Positions 53,501-62,666 of a stretch of 64,000 bases of DNA are shown piece after piece. This DNA is from Camelus ferus (Eukaryota). The translations under genes were made by a program, and so were the position numbers. How positions within the stretch are numbered: position 1 is the first letter of the stretch; each line of letters starts with the position of its first letter. The stretch lies in assembly GCF_009834535.1 (NCBI RefSeq), contig NC_045697.1, forward strand, positions 18,974,001 to 19,038,000. The letters run 5' to 3'. The notes beneath the pieces were generated by a model. It ran no database searches. It saw only the letters and a program-made list of their open reading frames with translations, and was not told the DNA's origin.

Positions 53501-56500
53501 CACATGGATGGAGGGTGGAAAAGTTGGCAGAGTGCTGGTTCCAACCTTCTCCAGTTGTGTGATATTGAGCAAATTATGCAACATGTGTGAACCTTTGTTT
53601 CTTTACCCAACGTAAAGAACAAGTGCGTTGTAAAGACCCCTCTTTGGGCCACTTGGAAATAATGCTTAATTGAAGATCCTTTTCTTGCAGAAGATTCTCT
53701 AGGTATCATATTAATATACTTTTGAATGCTAAGAGGTCTAGAGTAATTAGGTGGCATTTTGAAAAGGAAAATTAGGGTAATAACAAAGTGCCATAAAGAT
53801 AAACGTTGCCCCTGGTGTACTCAGATGACAACTCCCAGTATCCTTCTGTCTCAGTTGTTTTTAAAGCCCTTACAAACATGAGTCAGGAAGAAATGGTCTG
53901 TCCTGATCTTTTTTGGCTGAATGGCAGTGAACCATACGATCTAGAGATGGAAGGACTCCTAGAGATCATCAGTACAAATTCTTTTAAATGGTTCTGACAG
54001 GCAGTCCTTATCAGCCTCTGTCTGAACGTTCAGTGTTGGGTAATCTCTGTCTTACCAAGTAGCCGCTTTCATTTCTGAGTAATATAACTTGTTACAATGT
54101 ACTGCCGTTACACCAGGGTCACCATCATGTTTTTTCTACCTCTTAGCTCCTCTTTTCCCTGAAGTCTTCTATTTTCCGGGCTAAGTAGTCTTGTTTTTTT
54201 GCTACCATTTCTCAGGTGACAGGATTTTAGATTTTCCACCAAATAACTCTCTTCGAGGTAGGTTGTAAATTTTAAAGAGTATTGCATGTAGCTTTTTGTA
54301 TCATTTCAGAAAGACATTAGAGAATATTAAAGAAATGGGTTCAGAATAAGAAAGTACTTTCTAACGATTAGGACTTTCCAAAAGCAGAATGGGCTTTTTA
54401 ACTGTCACCTGAAGGATTAAGAGGTTTTCTGTCATGAAAGAAATGTTGAATTGAAAGACCTTCAAAGCCTGTTCCAATTTAAATTCTCCCATTCGGTAAC
54501 TTAGCAGCCCTCAGCAAGCTGAAGTAAGAGAGAAATAAGGGAGTGGTGATTGCTGCATTTGCTCTAAGCCAGGTACTCTGCTCTGAACTTAATACATTTA
54601 AAAAAGTTACTGATGAACAGGTAGACGTGCAGTCCACACTTGCATCCATTCACTTTCTCTGAGTGTTTTTAAAAAATCAACAGGGAAGAATTGTAGAACA
54701 TCTAGAAATGGAATTAGACTGATGGGCACTTCCCTACCATGGAATTCCGATCAAGAGCCAGAGGGTAGGTAACTAGAAGTAGATGTGTATACAAATCAGG
54801 TTTGATTATCTTATGCATTTTCTGTTCTGAATATTTTAGGGCTACCTTTTTTGCTCAAGTGAGTCTATATGGTCTTTAGAAATATTTTAGTAAATATCAC
54901 TGGTTTGAATTGTGAATTAATTGGGGGCTTTTGAAGAGCAGTATAAAGCACAGGTGTCTTAACGTTCATGCTAGAGTTTCTTAGAATTAACGTAACAAGA
55001 ACAGGTTAAAAGACCAAGATAAATATTTGAGTTTCTATATTTCATATGAAGCATGATTTCAATTGAAAATATCCCAAAGTATAGACCTTTTCTCCTTGGC
55101 AAATAAACTTGGTCTGCGGAAGGGCTGGGCAAACCAAACATGAAGCAGACGGAAAGGAAGCTCTGTGATGTGACACCAAGATAAATAAAGGTTATGAGCA
55201 CATAAGCATTTTGGGTGCTGAAGCTAATTAGTGAACTGCTCTTTTCTCCCCCTCTTATCTACCTTTGGAAAAACAATTTCCCGCCATGTAAAACTCTTTC
55301 CTGCTACAGCAGAAAATTTGACCATGCTGTCAGGCTTTCACCAACTCCGTTAAATTATACACAAAAAAAGGAAATGGTGATCACATTAGCTTCTAAAATG
55401 TCTCCATTGTCAAATATGATTCCAGATGTTAGAAAACCATAAAGTTGCTGGTCCACAGACCTGGTTTTCTTTGATACTCTTGTAAAAATGGAAGCTCAGT
55501 GACTTTAAAGTACTTAAATTTTCTCTATTTCAATTAAAGGGTTAATTCTTTGTCCCAGATCTCTTATATCCCTTGTTACATATTAGATAATCCCTACTAA
55601 TTTGGCTGTTTAAATTTTGTTTTACCATTACCACCTATTTTCCCCTAGAGTTTTTCTCTCTAACAAGCCCTAATTTATTTATTTATTTTTTTATTTGGCC
55701 AAACTGTCCAAAAATCTATTGTCCCCTCGAAAAGTGCCTGTGCTTCCCAGTCACTGGCTGCACTCGGCCCCTGTCTGGGGAAGCTAAGAGGCCTTGATCC
55801 TGACTTCTGCTCATCAGGCACTACCACCTACCTCGTGGTCCAGAGCCCAGGACCAGCATGGCACCATCCTTCAGGCCACTCTGGAAAACCATCCTGAGGG
55901 ACAGAAAAGAAGGTGATTCTTAGGAAAGCAGCAGAGTTCCGTGTCAGGGATGAGTCATTCCTGCTTACCTTCTGTCTCAGCAATGTCATCACATGGTGGT
56001 TGAATGCTTGGGCTCTGGCGTCAGAGATGAGTGTTCACTGTGCTGTATTCAACTTGCGTGACTCCAGATGTGTCGTCCAGACTCACAGCACCTCCGTTTC
56101 CACATTAGTAAAATGGGGTAACATTAGTACTTAACTCATAGAGTTGATACAAGAATTAACTGCTATTATCGTTATTATTGTTCCCATAGAGAAAAAATAT
56201 TTTTAAAAATTTGCATTAGCTATGCAGTATACTTAGAAACCAGTCTTCCAAATAATTTTAAAGATTCCTTACCATTCATTTCCTAAACTCCATGGATTTG
56301 TTGGGTAGGGACTGTACTTCCACCCCTGGTGATGGGAAAAGTGGGGAGAAGTCACATCATGACGACAGAGTACCATCTCCTTATCAGAGTTGCCTCAACC
56401 TGTTACATGGGTCCTTCCGTTGTTCATGGTGACTCTTCCCCTTCCATGAGGTTTTATGGTAGATTAGATAATAAAATGTACTGCATGTCAGCATTACTCT

Positions 56501-58554
56501 TTTCATATGCATATGATTAATGGGAACAAAAATCCAAATTCAGTTTTCTACTCGATATATATTGTTGAGCTTCAGGATGTTCTATAATGGTTGGTTGGTT
56601 GGTTTTCAAAGTTTCAACTTCTTTTTCCTGTAGCCAACATTAATGTAAATGTCAGGATCAGTCCCACAGCAGCCCACCCCACTCACACAGCCATTTATGA
56701 CACTCTAAGAAAATCAGTGCTGAGTACAAAAATATAAATATTACAAAATATTATAAAAATAGTTTTAAGGAAAGACTTTATTGCCACATTTTTTATCAGG
56801 ATACCTCCTTGCTACACATGAAACATCATCTGATATTTTTAAAAATTCAATCTGCATATAACTTCTCAGAAGCCTCTCCATTGCATCAGTAAGAAACACC
56901 TGCATCCAAAGAAACCTTCATTTATATGACAGTCGTTAGATCTTCATGCCTTTTAAAAACTCACAATTGAAGGGGAGAATATAGTTCAGGAGTAGAGCAT
57001 GTGCTTAGCATGCACGACGTCCTAGGTTCAATCCTCAGTACCTCTGTCAAAATAAATAAATAAACCTAATTACCCCACTAAAAAAAAAAAAAAAAAAAGA
57101 CAAAAAAAAAAAAACAAATGAAAAATTGTTACAATTGAAGTTTTAGGTATGAAGGAAACAAGTTATAAAATGACTTTTTTTAAGACCACTCAATTTCTCT
57201 TTTTCCCAAAACGATGCCATTGGATGCCATTCTCCAGAGGAGACAATTTCCATTCATCATAAGACCTTAACACAGAAGGCAGGCCTGCAGTTACGTCTGA
57301 GGTCTCACAGTGGGTTGTGGGCATAGCAGTAAATTTGTCTGTCTGCTCAGCAGGCGAGCAGTTGAAATAGTGTGCATTCTTTTCCAGTCCTGGCAGCTGC
57401 TGTGTTTGCTTTCCGAGCAGTGAACCTGATGGAGGTGACATCACTGGCTGCAGCTGAAGTAAGGATAAGTTTCACTCAGATGGGATGGAAATAGCTCCTG
57501 AGAGACCGCCAGGCGTGGGCACTTCGGTCCCAGACACACAGGACACACAGCACTCGTAGCCTAGTTTGTTTAACTTGGGCAAAACCTCTAAGTTTCGAGC
57601 TAAGTAATATTAAGTATTCAAAATCCATAATTACTTGAAAACAATGCTCTTGAGAAGAAGTCATAAACAGATTATTATAGGAAACTACTATAATCATTAT
57701 GGGAAACAAGAGGCCTAGTAATTTTAATAGAAGCTATTGGGGTTTATGTTGCGTGTTGTTGTAATTGTTCACATCCGCGTGTTATGCTCATAGAGCAAAG
57801 ACAAACTAGTTAAAGGAATTAAAGAGCATATATTTGGATGATATAGTAAAGATATAGGGGCTTTGTGGTTATTTTTAGTTGTGAGTTAATTATTTAAAGC
57901 TGATTTCTTTTCAAGAGTATAACTTATACCTGAAACATGATTCAATTAAATAGTGGCTTACAATATTCCTCTCTTTGTTATCGCTCATAGAAGTGTAAAT
58001 TTTATCCTTAAAATAGCTGCCTACATTCTTGTTTAAAGGGAAGAGGATGTTTATGCATCTTGCAACTGAATAAACATTAGTTTCATCTCAAAATGATTTC
58101 CCAAAGTCAGTTACTCCTTACACTAGTATAACAGGACAGGATTCATAATGTACGTTTATTTATAGAAGCAAGTTGAAATGTTAGACCTCTTAGAAACTCA
58201 TGCTACCTTGTGTATTTGAAGAAGGCTCAGGGCTAGAGTCCAGGTTATTTTCTACCACACATTTGAGCGTTTTACACACGTTCTAGCATTAAGATATTCA
58301 GAAAAGAGAAGGAAGGTTGTAGCTTCAGTACAGAGATTTGGGACAAATCTGAAGGACTTAGAGCGTGTTGATGTCAGAACTGCATTGTAAGGGCGTTTCC
58401 ATTGTACCTTATCTCATAGGCTTCGCTTTGTTGACCAGAACACCCATATTAATGATTCCTTTTTGTTTGTTTGTTTCAGGCAGTTCTTGCTGACCTTTCT
58501 ACTTTAAAAGTTATGCCTCTTCTTCAGATTTTTCTATTTGCTACTGTCACCTGA
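7311..58554 (+). CDS. TBC1D19: TBC1 domain family member 19, 3' part of CDS (10 exons, 254 aa plus stop; 5' exons upstream of window)
   Basis: Manual join of ten AG/GT-bounded exons (765 nt, phases consistent) gives [255 protein letters not shown] recognise this as the TBC domain and C-terminus of mammalian TBC1D19, including the typical TBC W...F and LWD motifs. Confidence 0.96.
8383..9260 (-). mobile_element. MIR (two halves, about 8383-8490 and 9110-9260) split by an inserted DNA transposon
   Basis: cttactatgtgcca... and cattgtacagatgagggaagc...gatttgaacctaggtaatctgac. Confidence 0.65.
8498..9109. mobile_element. TcMar-Tigger-like DNA transposon remnant
   Basis: tgcaaaatcatgcattaaaa...tatgggggaaa near the left end, tgtgttacagcaaaac near the right end, TA flanks. 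Confidence 0.5.
10025..10232. mobile_element. hAT-Charlie-like MER remnant
   Basis: Ends cagtgtttctcaac... and ...gttgagactgcatg form a degenerate terminal inverted repeat. Confidence 0.5.
10992..11054 (+). CDS. TBC1D19: TBC1D19 coding exon (63 nt, phase 0-0) [21 protein letters not shown]
   Basis: ...taattatag acceptor, CAG|gtaagt donor. Confidence 0.95.
12135..12595 (+). mobile_element. Old L1 5' UTR-like fragment
   Basis: Resembles the L1M 5' region (aaatcataactggtgaaaattat..., ttattcaagaaaagctactgaatctcagtaagaacag). Confidence 0.5.
12600..13025 (-). mobile_element. L1 ORF2 C-terminal fragment
   Basis: Minus-strand peptides [14 protein letters not shown] and [20 protein letters not shown]. 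Confidence 0.88.
13892..15230 (-). mobile_element. Artiodactyl-type L1 3' fragment with a younger L1 3' piece nested at about 14005-14586
   Basis: Two separate L1 tails (attgaagtatagttgatttacaatg, attgaagtacagtcaattacag); peptides [38 protein letters not shown] and [14 protein letters not shown]...NPIKKWA. Confidence 0.88.
15495..15882 (-). mobile_element. L1 3' UTR fragment (Laurasiatherian type)
   Basis: tttattgaagtatggttgacatgcaatattatgttagtttcaagtgtac...gataagtctagtaaccatctgtcacc. Confidence 0.8.
16420..17590 (+). mobile_element. L2 LINE remnant
   Basis: Pyrimidine-rich L2 body (catggctttaaataccatctatacactgatgactgccagatt) and 3' end cctagagcagtgcctgccacata. Confidence 0.8.
17965..18170 (-). 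mobile_element. MIR remnant
   Basis: catttattt...tattaggtgccaag...gaagctcagag. Confidence 0.55.
19115..19420 (-). mobile_element. MaLR LTR (MLT1C/D-like), partial
   Basis: aaatttagtggctaaaaac...cagggctgtgttccttctggag...ccttggctcatggcccctt...tcttcaaagccagca. Confidence 0.8.
19853..20182. mobile_element. hAT-Tip100-like DNA transposon remnant
   Basis: cagaggcaaatcca...ctctttaagaa... and ...tgaagcgccttcattagcatcatggg ends. Confidence 0.55.
20690..21151. mobile_element. ERVL LTR (LTR16-like) remnant
   Basis: gttgggttcc...gattagggagcgct...gaagcaggactgagcagggggagaagt...tcattggatgtagg...gggatctgggtg. Confidence 0.65.
22150..22385 (-). mobile_element. MIR
   Basis: ggaggaaactgagatacc...taacttgcccaatgttacacagccagtaagtggtggggctagagtttgaactcc. 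Confidence 0.8.
22430..22826 (-). mobile_element. Old MaLR LTR (MLT1J/K-like)
   Basis: aaaatctcagtggcttaaaacaacaaaggtctgtttcttgctcatg. Confidence 0.7.
22830..23680 (+). mobile_element. Old L1 (L1ME-like) 3' fragment
   Basis: A-rich L1 ORF2-end and 3' UTR signature ending ...tctaatttttatcataaacatgtattgc. Confidence 0.7.
24491..24509 (+). promoter_or_regulatory. Candidate CTCF binding site
   Basis: GTACCAACAGAGGGCGCTG matches the CTCF core CCASYAGRKGGCRS with one mismatch; unique sequence with locally retained CpGs. Confidence 0.5.
24632..24716 (+). CDS. TBC1D19: TBC1D19 coding exon (85 nt, phase 0-1) [28 protein letters not shown](G)
   Basis: cttaac branch-point-like motif near 24600, ...tacccag acceptor, GAG|gtacaa donor. 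Confidence 0.93.
25795..26510 (-). mobile_element. MER21-family ERVL LTR
   Basis: acacttcacttctgacacc...caatttaactgaattctgacac...cacaagactgccctc...cttctgaccaaccagctata...aatttgctagagtgg. Confidence 0.8.
26041..26068. repeat. (CA)14 microsatellite
   Basis: Directly visible. Confidence 0.95.
27369..27413 (+). CDS. TBC1D19: TBC1D19 coding exon (45 nt, phase 1-1) (G)[14 protein letters not shown](G)
   Basis: ttttctctcacag acceptor, ATG|gtaaga donor. Confidence 0.94.
28003..28215 (+). mobile_element. MIR
   Basis: agacctgggttcagagcccagttctgcca...tgtgaccttgggcaagtta...agtgagtgctcaagaaatg. Confidence 0.85.
28270..29465 (+). mobile_element. L2 LINE remnant
   Basis: ctcaaacttaacatgtctcaacctgaact... 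and 3' end taatgagtatttatttgaac. Confidence 0.75.
29980..30237 (-). mobile_element. MIR
   Basis: ccaggcagtgtgcaaag...attaactcacttaatcct...gaagctgaggcacagag. Confidence 0.75.
30985..31510 (-). mobile_element. L2 3' remnant
   Basis: ttcatttaataaatacttg tail; purine-rich L2 antisense body. Confidence 0.65.
31515..32580 (-). mobile_element. Old L1 (L1MD-like) 5' region
   Basis: ttgtttagtgacttttctaaacta...cactgaagtctctgttctgttagc...ctgccttagctttcacttcctgcttgcacagagc. Confidence 0.75.
32151..32191. repeat. (TA)n(CA)n compound microsatellite
   Basis: Directly visible. Confidence 0.9.
32960..33128 (+). mobile_element. MER20 (hAT-Charlie), 3'-truncated
   Basis: cagtggttctc...ccccccagggaca...gggtggaggccagcaatgctgcta...tgcacaggacagccc. 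Confidence 0.85.
34365..34575 (-). mobile_element. MIR
   Basis: cacaacccagtgaagtcagtattatttatctccatttt...gagactcagagag. Confidence 0.7.
35865..36870. mobile_element. Cluster of L2 fragments (mostly antisense)
   Basis: cattcattcagcaaatgtg and cattccacaaacatttaatgagg tails, plus a sense 3' end near 36350-36500. Confidence 0.6.
37185..37562 (+). mobile_element. MER115-like hAT-Tip100 element inside a MIR
   Basis: ggtccaagctctg...ccctttggccacc...gggaatttcag...tggtctggaagg...cagagcagggccct...ctaagagcagttctg. Confidence 0.7.
38479..38547. repeat. (ATT)n trinucleotide microsatellite
   Basis: About 15 perfect ATT units at 38502-38546 with a degenerate left flank. Confidence 0.95.
39038..39225 (+). 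mobile_element. MER58-family hAT-Charlie element
   Basis: cagaggctggca...gccagatagtaaagatttta...ctttgaaaaatgtaaaatccatt..tagctcacaggcc. Confidence 0.75.
39770..40000 (-). mobile_element. MIR
   Basis: atctcattcaatc...gaagttaagaaacttacctaaagg...gaacccagccaagtctgtctgac. Confidence 0.65.
40030..40785 (+). mobile_element. CR1/L3 LINE 3' remnant
   Basis: RT-like ttgttcagcatttttataatg..tagatgaggg; tttgactcagtatgagaagtaact; 3' end aaatgacctctgaagtctctgccaac. Confidence 0.7.
41575..41607 (+). CDS. TBC1D19: TBC1D19 coding exon (33 nt, phase 1-1) (G)[10 protein letters not shown](V)
   Basis: T-rich ...ttttttag acceptor, ATG|gtaagt donor. Confidence 0.93.
45093..45202 (+). CDS. TBC1D19: TBC1D19 coding exon (110 nt, phase 1-0) (V)[36 protein letters not shown]
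   Basis: ttgttctttcag acceptor, TCT|gtaagt donor. Confidence 0.95.
45470..45610 (+). mobile_element. MIR 3' half
   Basis: ggtttcctcatctatgaaatgggg...agtacctggctcatggcaggtgttcggtaaata. Confidence 0.75.
47373..47464 (+). CDS. TBC1D19: TBC1D19 coding exon (92 nt, phase 0-2) [30 protein letters not shown](P)
   Basis: ttgtatccag acceptor, ACC|gtgagt donor. Confidence 0.95.
48204..48258. repeat. (GGAT)n tetranucleotide microsatellite, imperfect
   Basis: Directly visible. Confidence 0.9.
48955..51395 (-). mobile_element. Old L1 fragments (antisense), interrupted by an MLT1A LTR
   Basis: Minus-strand peptide [19 protein letters not shown] (L1 ORF2) and ORF1-like pieces near 51000-51320. Confidence 0.75.
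50367..50742 (-). mobile_element. MaLR solo LTR (MLT1A/A0-like)
   Basis: TG...CA ends; ttataaacaacagagatttatttctcacagttctg...cactaatcccaatcatgag...aacatatgaatt; degenerate 5-bp TSD atacc/gtgcc. Confidence 0.88.
52650..52765 (+). CDS. TBC1D19: TBC1D19 coding exon (116 nt, phase 2-1) (P)[38 protein letters not shown](V)
   Basis: long pyrimidine tract ...gcttacag acceptor, CTG|gtaaga donor. Confidence 0.95.
53925..54490. mobile_element. CR1/L3 or MIR3 3' remnants in both orientations
   Basis: tagagatggaaggactcctagagatcatc (antisense tail) and aataagaaagtactttctaacgattag...gaccttcaaagcctgttccaa (sense). Confidence 0.55.
55978..56165 (+). mobile_element. MIR remnant
   Basis: gtggttgaatgcttgggctctgg...cctccgtttccacattagtaaaatgggg. 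Confidence 0.65.
56972..57130 (+). mobile_element. Camelid tRNA-derived SINE (Vic-1 type) with long A tail
   Basis: GGGGAGAATATAGTTCAGGAGTAGAGCATGTGCTTAGCATGCACGACGTCCTAGGTTCAATCCTCAGTACCTC...AATAAATAAATAAACCTAATTACCCC then poly(A); TSD ACAATTGAAG at 56963-56972 and 57131-57140. Confidence 0.9.
57388..57458 (+). CDS. TBC1D19: TBC1D19 coding exon (71 nt, phase 1-0) (V)[23 protein letters not shown]
   Basis: ttcttttccag acceptor, GAA|gtaagg donor. Confidence 0.95.
58480..58554 (+). CDS. TBC1D19: TBC1D19 terminal coding exon [24 protein letters not shown]
   Basis: tttgtttgtttcag acceptor, TGA stop at 58552-58554. Confidence 0.95.
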   Translation, partial: AVLADLSTLKVMPLLQIFLFATVT

Positions 58555-58657
58555 TCTTCTCCAAGGTCACTGACAACACATCTAGTTTTTCATTAGAAAG
58601 TAATCATGAACTATGCAAACTCTGCATAAAACCAAAATTAAACTTTGCATATAAGCC

Positions 58658-58663
58658 AATAAA
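58658..58663 (+). terminator. Candidate proximal polyadenylation signal AATAAA
   Basis: Canonical hexamer about 100 nt after the stop codon, with T-rich sequence downstream. Confidence 0.5.
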
Positions 58664-59891
58664 GATCATGTTCCCTCCTCAGTTAAACCTAAGTAGTTTT
58701 TCACTTTTTGAAACAATAGCTCTGCACACCACGTAATGAATGCACTGCATGCTGCTGAATTTCAAGACAGAAGCAATAGACTTAACTCTGCTAAACTGAG
58801 CACACTCTAGATAATCCTGGGATGTGAAAGGCATGTAACAATATATGCAATAAGAACTAAAGATACTGTAATAAACTTGAAGAGGTAATGTAGCCTCTGG
58901 GACAATTCTCTTATGTCAGTTTGTAAATTTGTCTCTAGATAATGAATCATTTTGTCTTATAAATTGCTCTTCACTCAGAGCCAGGGGTGGGGTAGGATGT
59001 GGGAAGACTTGAAAAAGATAATGCTTTTAAATAGGAATTCAAATGTACTTTGGTGTTTTTAACAACCTTTCTCTCATCAGAGATCTTCTAGATCCCTCCC
59101 ACCTTATTTCTCCCTCAAAGATCTCTGTTGGGGAAGGCCAAATACAGTCATCTCCAGCTGACAATATTTCAGTCATGATTTCTGGAAAAAAGGAAATTAC
59201 AGAGTGATCCCTTCAAACTTCGCAACCTTCCATCTCTTGGTTAGAAGCCTTGACGGGGCTGAGGTTGACAGATACCGTTACTTGGGAAGTATACAAAGAA
59301 GACACCCAAGGATTCCGTGAAGGGAATGAAAAATCAGAACCACATCCGCTTTAACTGAAGCATGGTTTAACAAGATTTACCTCTAGGACAGAGCAGCGTA
59401 GAGAGGCCAGAAGTAGGTACTATACATTCACTCTAGAAGTGAAGACATTCTATTCTGCAAGACATCAGTCTCATTTTGGTCCTTATTGTAAGTGAAGGGT
59501 CTTATTTTATATCTCTACTTAAAGACCTAGCGTTTCTGTAATACAGAATAATAGAATGTGAGGGGAAAAAAAGCCTAAAAATCATTGTCTTTCAATTTTA
59601 AACTCAAATTCGAGATGCTGATCATTTCAACAAAACTCTGAATCAGTAGATTAATAGTCTTACTGAATGCCTAGAATTGTACTAAGTTTTATCCAAATGT
59701 ATTTCCTGAGTCTTTTATTAAGAGAGTATATGTTAGGAAATGTATGAGGTTTAGCACAAGACTGCAAGCCTGGTGGAATTTGATATAACTGCTAGTTATT
59801 AACTTGAAAACCTAAATGATATGCTTTTATCCATCAGGTACTTGTTGACTTGTTGAGGTCTAAATAATCATTTATTCAGTGAGTGATTCTT

Positions 59892-59897
59892 AATAAA
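59892..59897 (+). terminator. Candidate distal polyadenylation signal AATAAA
   Basis: Canonical hexamer followed by T/GT-rich sequence, before interspersed repeats resume. Confidence 0.4.
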
Positions 59898-61699
59898 CCC
59901 CACTTCACTGCTTTTGCAGGTGGTACAGTTATAATCATACTCTTTGCCGCTCTGTGTGTACCAATGCACGTTCGTCACAAGGATGCGCACATGCCTGACT
60001 GCTGTCTCCCTCTCTTCCCTGTTAGGAAGAGAGAGAGTTTTGGATGATTGGGGTCAAATGTATACAGATACACCCATCTTTGGCTTTTTTCTTTAGGAGA
60101 ATATCCATAAGCTTTTTAAAAAGTGTTAATGTAGTAGTCTAGCAGAAGACATTAGACTGGAGGGTTCTTATCCTAGCTCTAAGTCCCTAGATAATTTAAT
60201 CTCTCGTGCCTGTAAGTTGGGTGCAGGAGGGTAGGAGGGGCAGGAAGCGGACAGGCAGCAGGAACTTTTTGTATTTGCTCTGTTTACCTTAAAGGGTTGA
60301 GTAAGACCAAATGAAAAAATATGTTTGAAAGTGATTTTTTTTTAACTACAAAGCACCAAGCAAATATAAGAGGTTGTCAGTAATCAATTTTAAATATGAC
60401 ATTTTAAGGTCAAGTGGTAGAAGATAATTTGTGAAGAATGCCCAACTTCCTTAGCTTTTGTATGACTTTATTTGTAGATTTGAGGCTTTATCCATATCTT
60501 TAAAAAATGAATGGACCATGGCATACAGATCCTTTCATTTGGAACAGGTGGCTCCAGCCAGTAGTCCTGAATCTGAATCCCAAAACCAAACCTGGGAGGC
60601 TGCCAGGCATTTTGCTGCGGTCACAAACCCCGTCTGAGCCACGGGCTGCTCTTGGCTGCTTATGAAAATACTGCATGAGGGGCACTCAGGTTGCCTCACC
60701 CACTCCGTCTCCAGCTGCACTCCACACACTACTGGCCTCCTTCCTGCAGCGTCCTCCCAAACCCTCTCCCACCAACCCCTGACGCACCGGCCTAGGCTCT
60801 GCCCGTGATCACAGGGATCTGAGTCACCAGTGATAATTACTTAAGTATTCTGCCTGAGGCATTCTCACCGAAGATGAGATGGCCTAATAGACCAATTATA
60901 TTTGGTTTTCCTGATTATCAGTTCAATAATGTGGTATGTACAGTCTTATATTATGAAAGTTTATTGAACAATCTCTTTGATCAGAATATTTTGGTAATGC
61001 AGCATTCAGGGCTAATTGTAGTTTCCAGCCTGTCTGAATGGCATGCACCCCCTTACACGCAGCACGTGCTCTCTCTGCCTGTTTCATAGAGAAACTAGAG
61101 ACCATTAGGCTTGAACTCCCTCGGCTTCCAGCTCACAACTTGGCTTTATTCCCCAACACTTATCTCCGTTCTTATCTCAGAAAGTGTCTAATCTGCTCCT
61201 GCACTCTCTAAATACAGGTTCCGCCGTGTCACTTACATGCTTAAAAAGTAAACACTACCGCATTGCTTCAAGGGGAAAGTCCAGGCTCTGTAGCATAGTG
61301 GGGGGAAATTCTCCACAGCTTGACCTTCCCGTTCCTGTGCTCCCACCCTGGTCACCATCCCGCTTCACTGCAGCCTGACCAGATTACGTGCTGGTCCTCC
61401 ACCAGCTGTGGCCATGTACTTTGTCTCTTCCAGAAAGACCTCCACTGTTCAAGGCCCCACTAAAAATCTCTCCTCTATCGTGAAGGTACCCAGAGCCTAT
61501 AAGTTAGAATTACACTCTACTCTTTTTCTCATAAAACCATTCATTTACTAATATGGTGCTTAGAATATTGAGTGATAGTTTTTTTGTACACGTGTTAAGT
61601 CTCACATCACTTTATTCTGAAGTCAGTAGGCATGGAAGATGAAAGAGGAAATTTGTCCATGTGTGTTTGTACCCCCTGACTTGTTCTAAAAATTGTTGG

Positions 61700-61990
61700 A
61701 ATCTGTTTTTCTTACAACATAATTCCTTGTCAGCATCTGTAGTCTCCCTTCTTCTACAAAGACTCTAATTTTTCCTTGGAGATCGACCGCCGTCTGCTTG
61801 TGCTTCAGATGAGGCTGACTCCCATCTCCAGGACCTCTGGGTCCCGGCCAAGTGGTCGTTAAGTACCATCCCTCTGGCCACAGGGATTGCTTCAGGATCG
61901 GCACAAAATCTAAGACTGTGCAAAATCAATGAAAGTTGGTTCTGAGGCTTTGATTTAATCTTTCAGGGAGGATGGATATAGTGTCTGGCG
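61700..61990. mobile_element. ERVL-type LTR remnant
   Basis: ccatccctctggccacagggattgcttcaggat motif typical of LTR16/LTR33-like elements. Confidence 0.45.
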
Positions 61991-62204
61991 CTGCCGCAGC
62001 CTAGGGACGGAAGGAGCAGGAAGCTGCTCTGTCGACCTTGCTGACCCTCACGCCCCCCCCCCCCCCGCAGTCTCTGTCTGGACTGTTTACTCTGCTACAT
62101 GAGCCAAAGATTCTCTTTGCAACAGAAAGGATCCTCATTGAAGACACAGTTATTTTCCCATTTAGGTAATCCTCTACAACATGGGTATCATTATTTGGCA
62201 CAGG

Positions 62205-62666
62205 ACCCCTATCTACACACTGGTTACACTAGGGGAATCTTTGTAAACTTCTTTTCAGTCAAGACACACCATGACCTCAAAAGGACAATGTCCATGTTCC
62301 AGACCTACTAAGCTACCTGCAGTACCTGAAACACACGGTGTGTCTCTCTCTCCTTTGTCCCTTTGCCCATATAGCACCCTCTGCTTAGAACGCCTTCTCT
62401 TCCCTCTTTACCTAACTCTTATTTGTACCTCAAAACCCAACTCAGGTGTTGCATGACCAGGGAAGACTGCTTCTCTTCTGAATTCTTCTCATCCCTAAAT
62501 GGACCTAAGCAGTATCATAACCATGTGCTAGCTTGTCTCTCTCTTCCACTGCACTGATTCCTTCAGGCAAAGATGGTTTCACTTTTCAGCTTTCTATCTC
62601 TAGAACCTGGCATAGTGCTTGCCCCTTAATGGGCTTTAGTAAACACTTAGTGAATGAATGAATGAA
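62205..62666 (+). mobile_element. L2 3' remnant
   Basis: Ends tagtaaacacttagtgaatgaatgaatgaa. Confidence 0.7.

Larger units (their letters stand above)
58555..59920 (+). other. TBC1D19: TBC1D19 3' UTR (end uncertain)
   Basis: Sequence after the stop codon with no repeat I recognise; AATAAA at 58658-58663, 58870-58875 and 59892-59897. Confidence 0.6.

Noticed and set aside
56972..57045. tRNA-like sequence (also 430-500 on the minus strand) as a tRNA gene
   Set aside because: Both carry the SINE tail and TSDs, so they are SINE copies rather than tRNA genes.
362..57130. Inverted pair of Vic-1 SINEs as a dsRNA editing substrate
   Set aside because: They are about 56 kb apart, short and visibly diverged from each other, so pairing is unlikely.
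7386..58479. Minor (U12) introns
   Set aside because: All nine complete introns are GT-AG with U2-type donors; none has the GTATCCTT signature.
59901..59934. Acceptor-like cttttgCAG at 59919 as an alternative last exon
   Set aside because: Gives only VVQL* and sits just after an AATAAA, where a T/GT-rich downstream element explains the sequence equally well.
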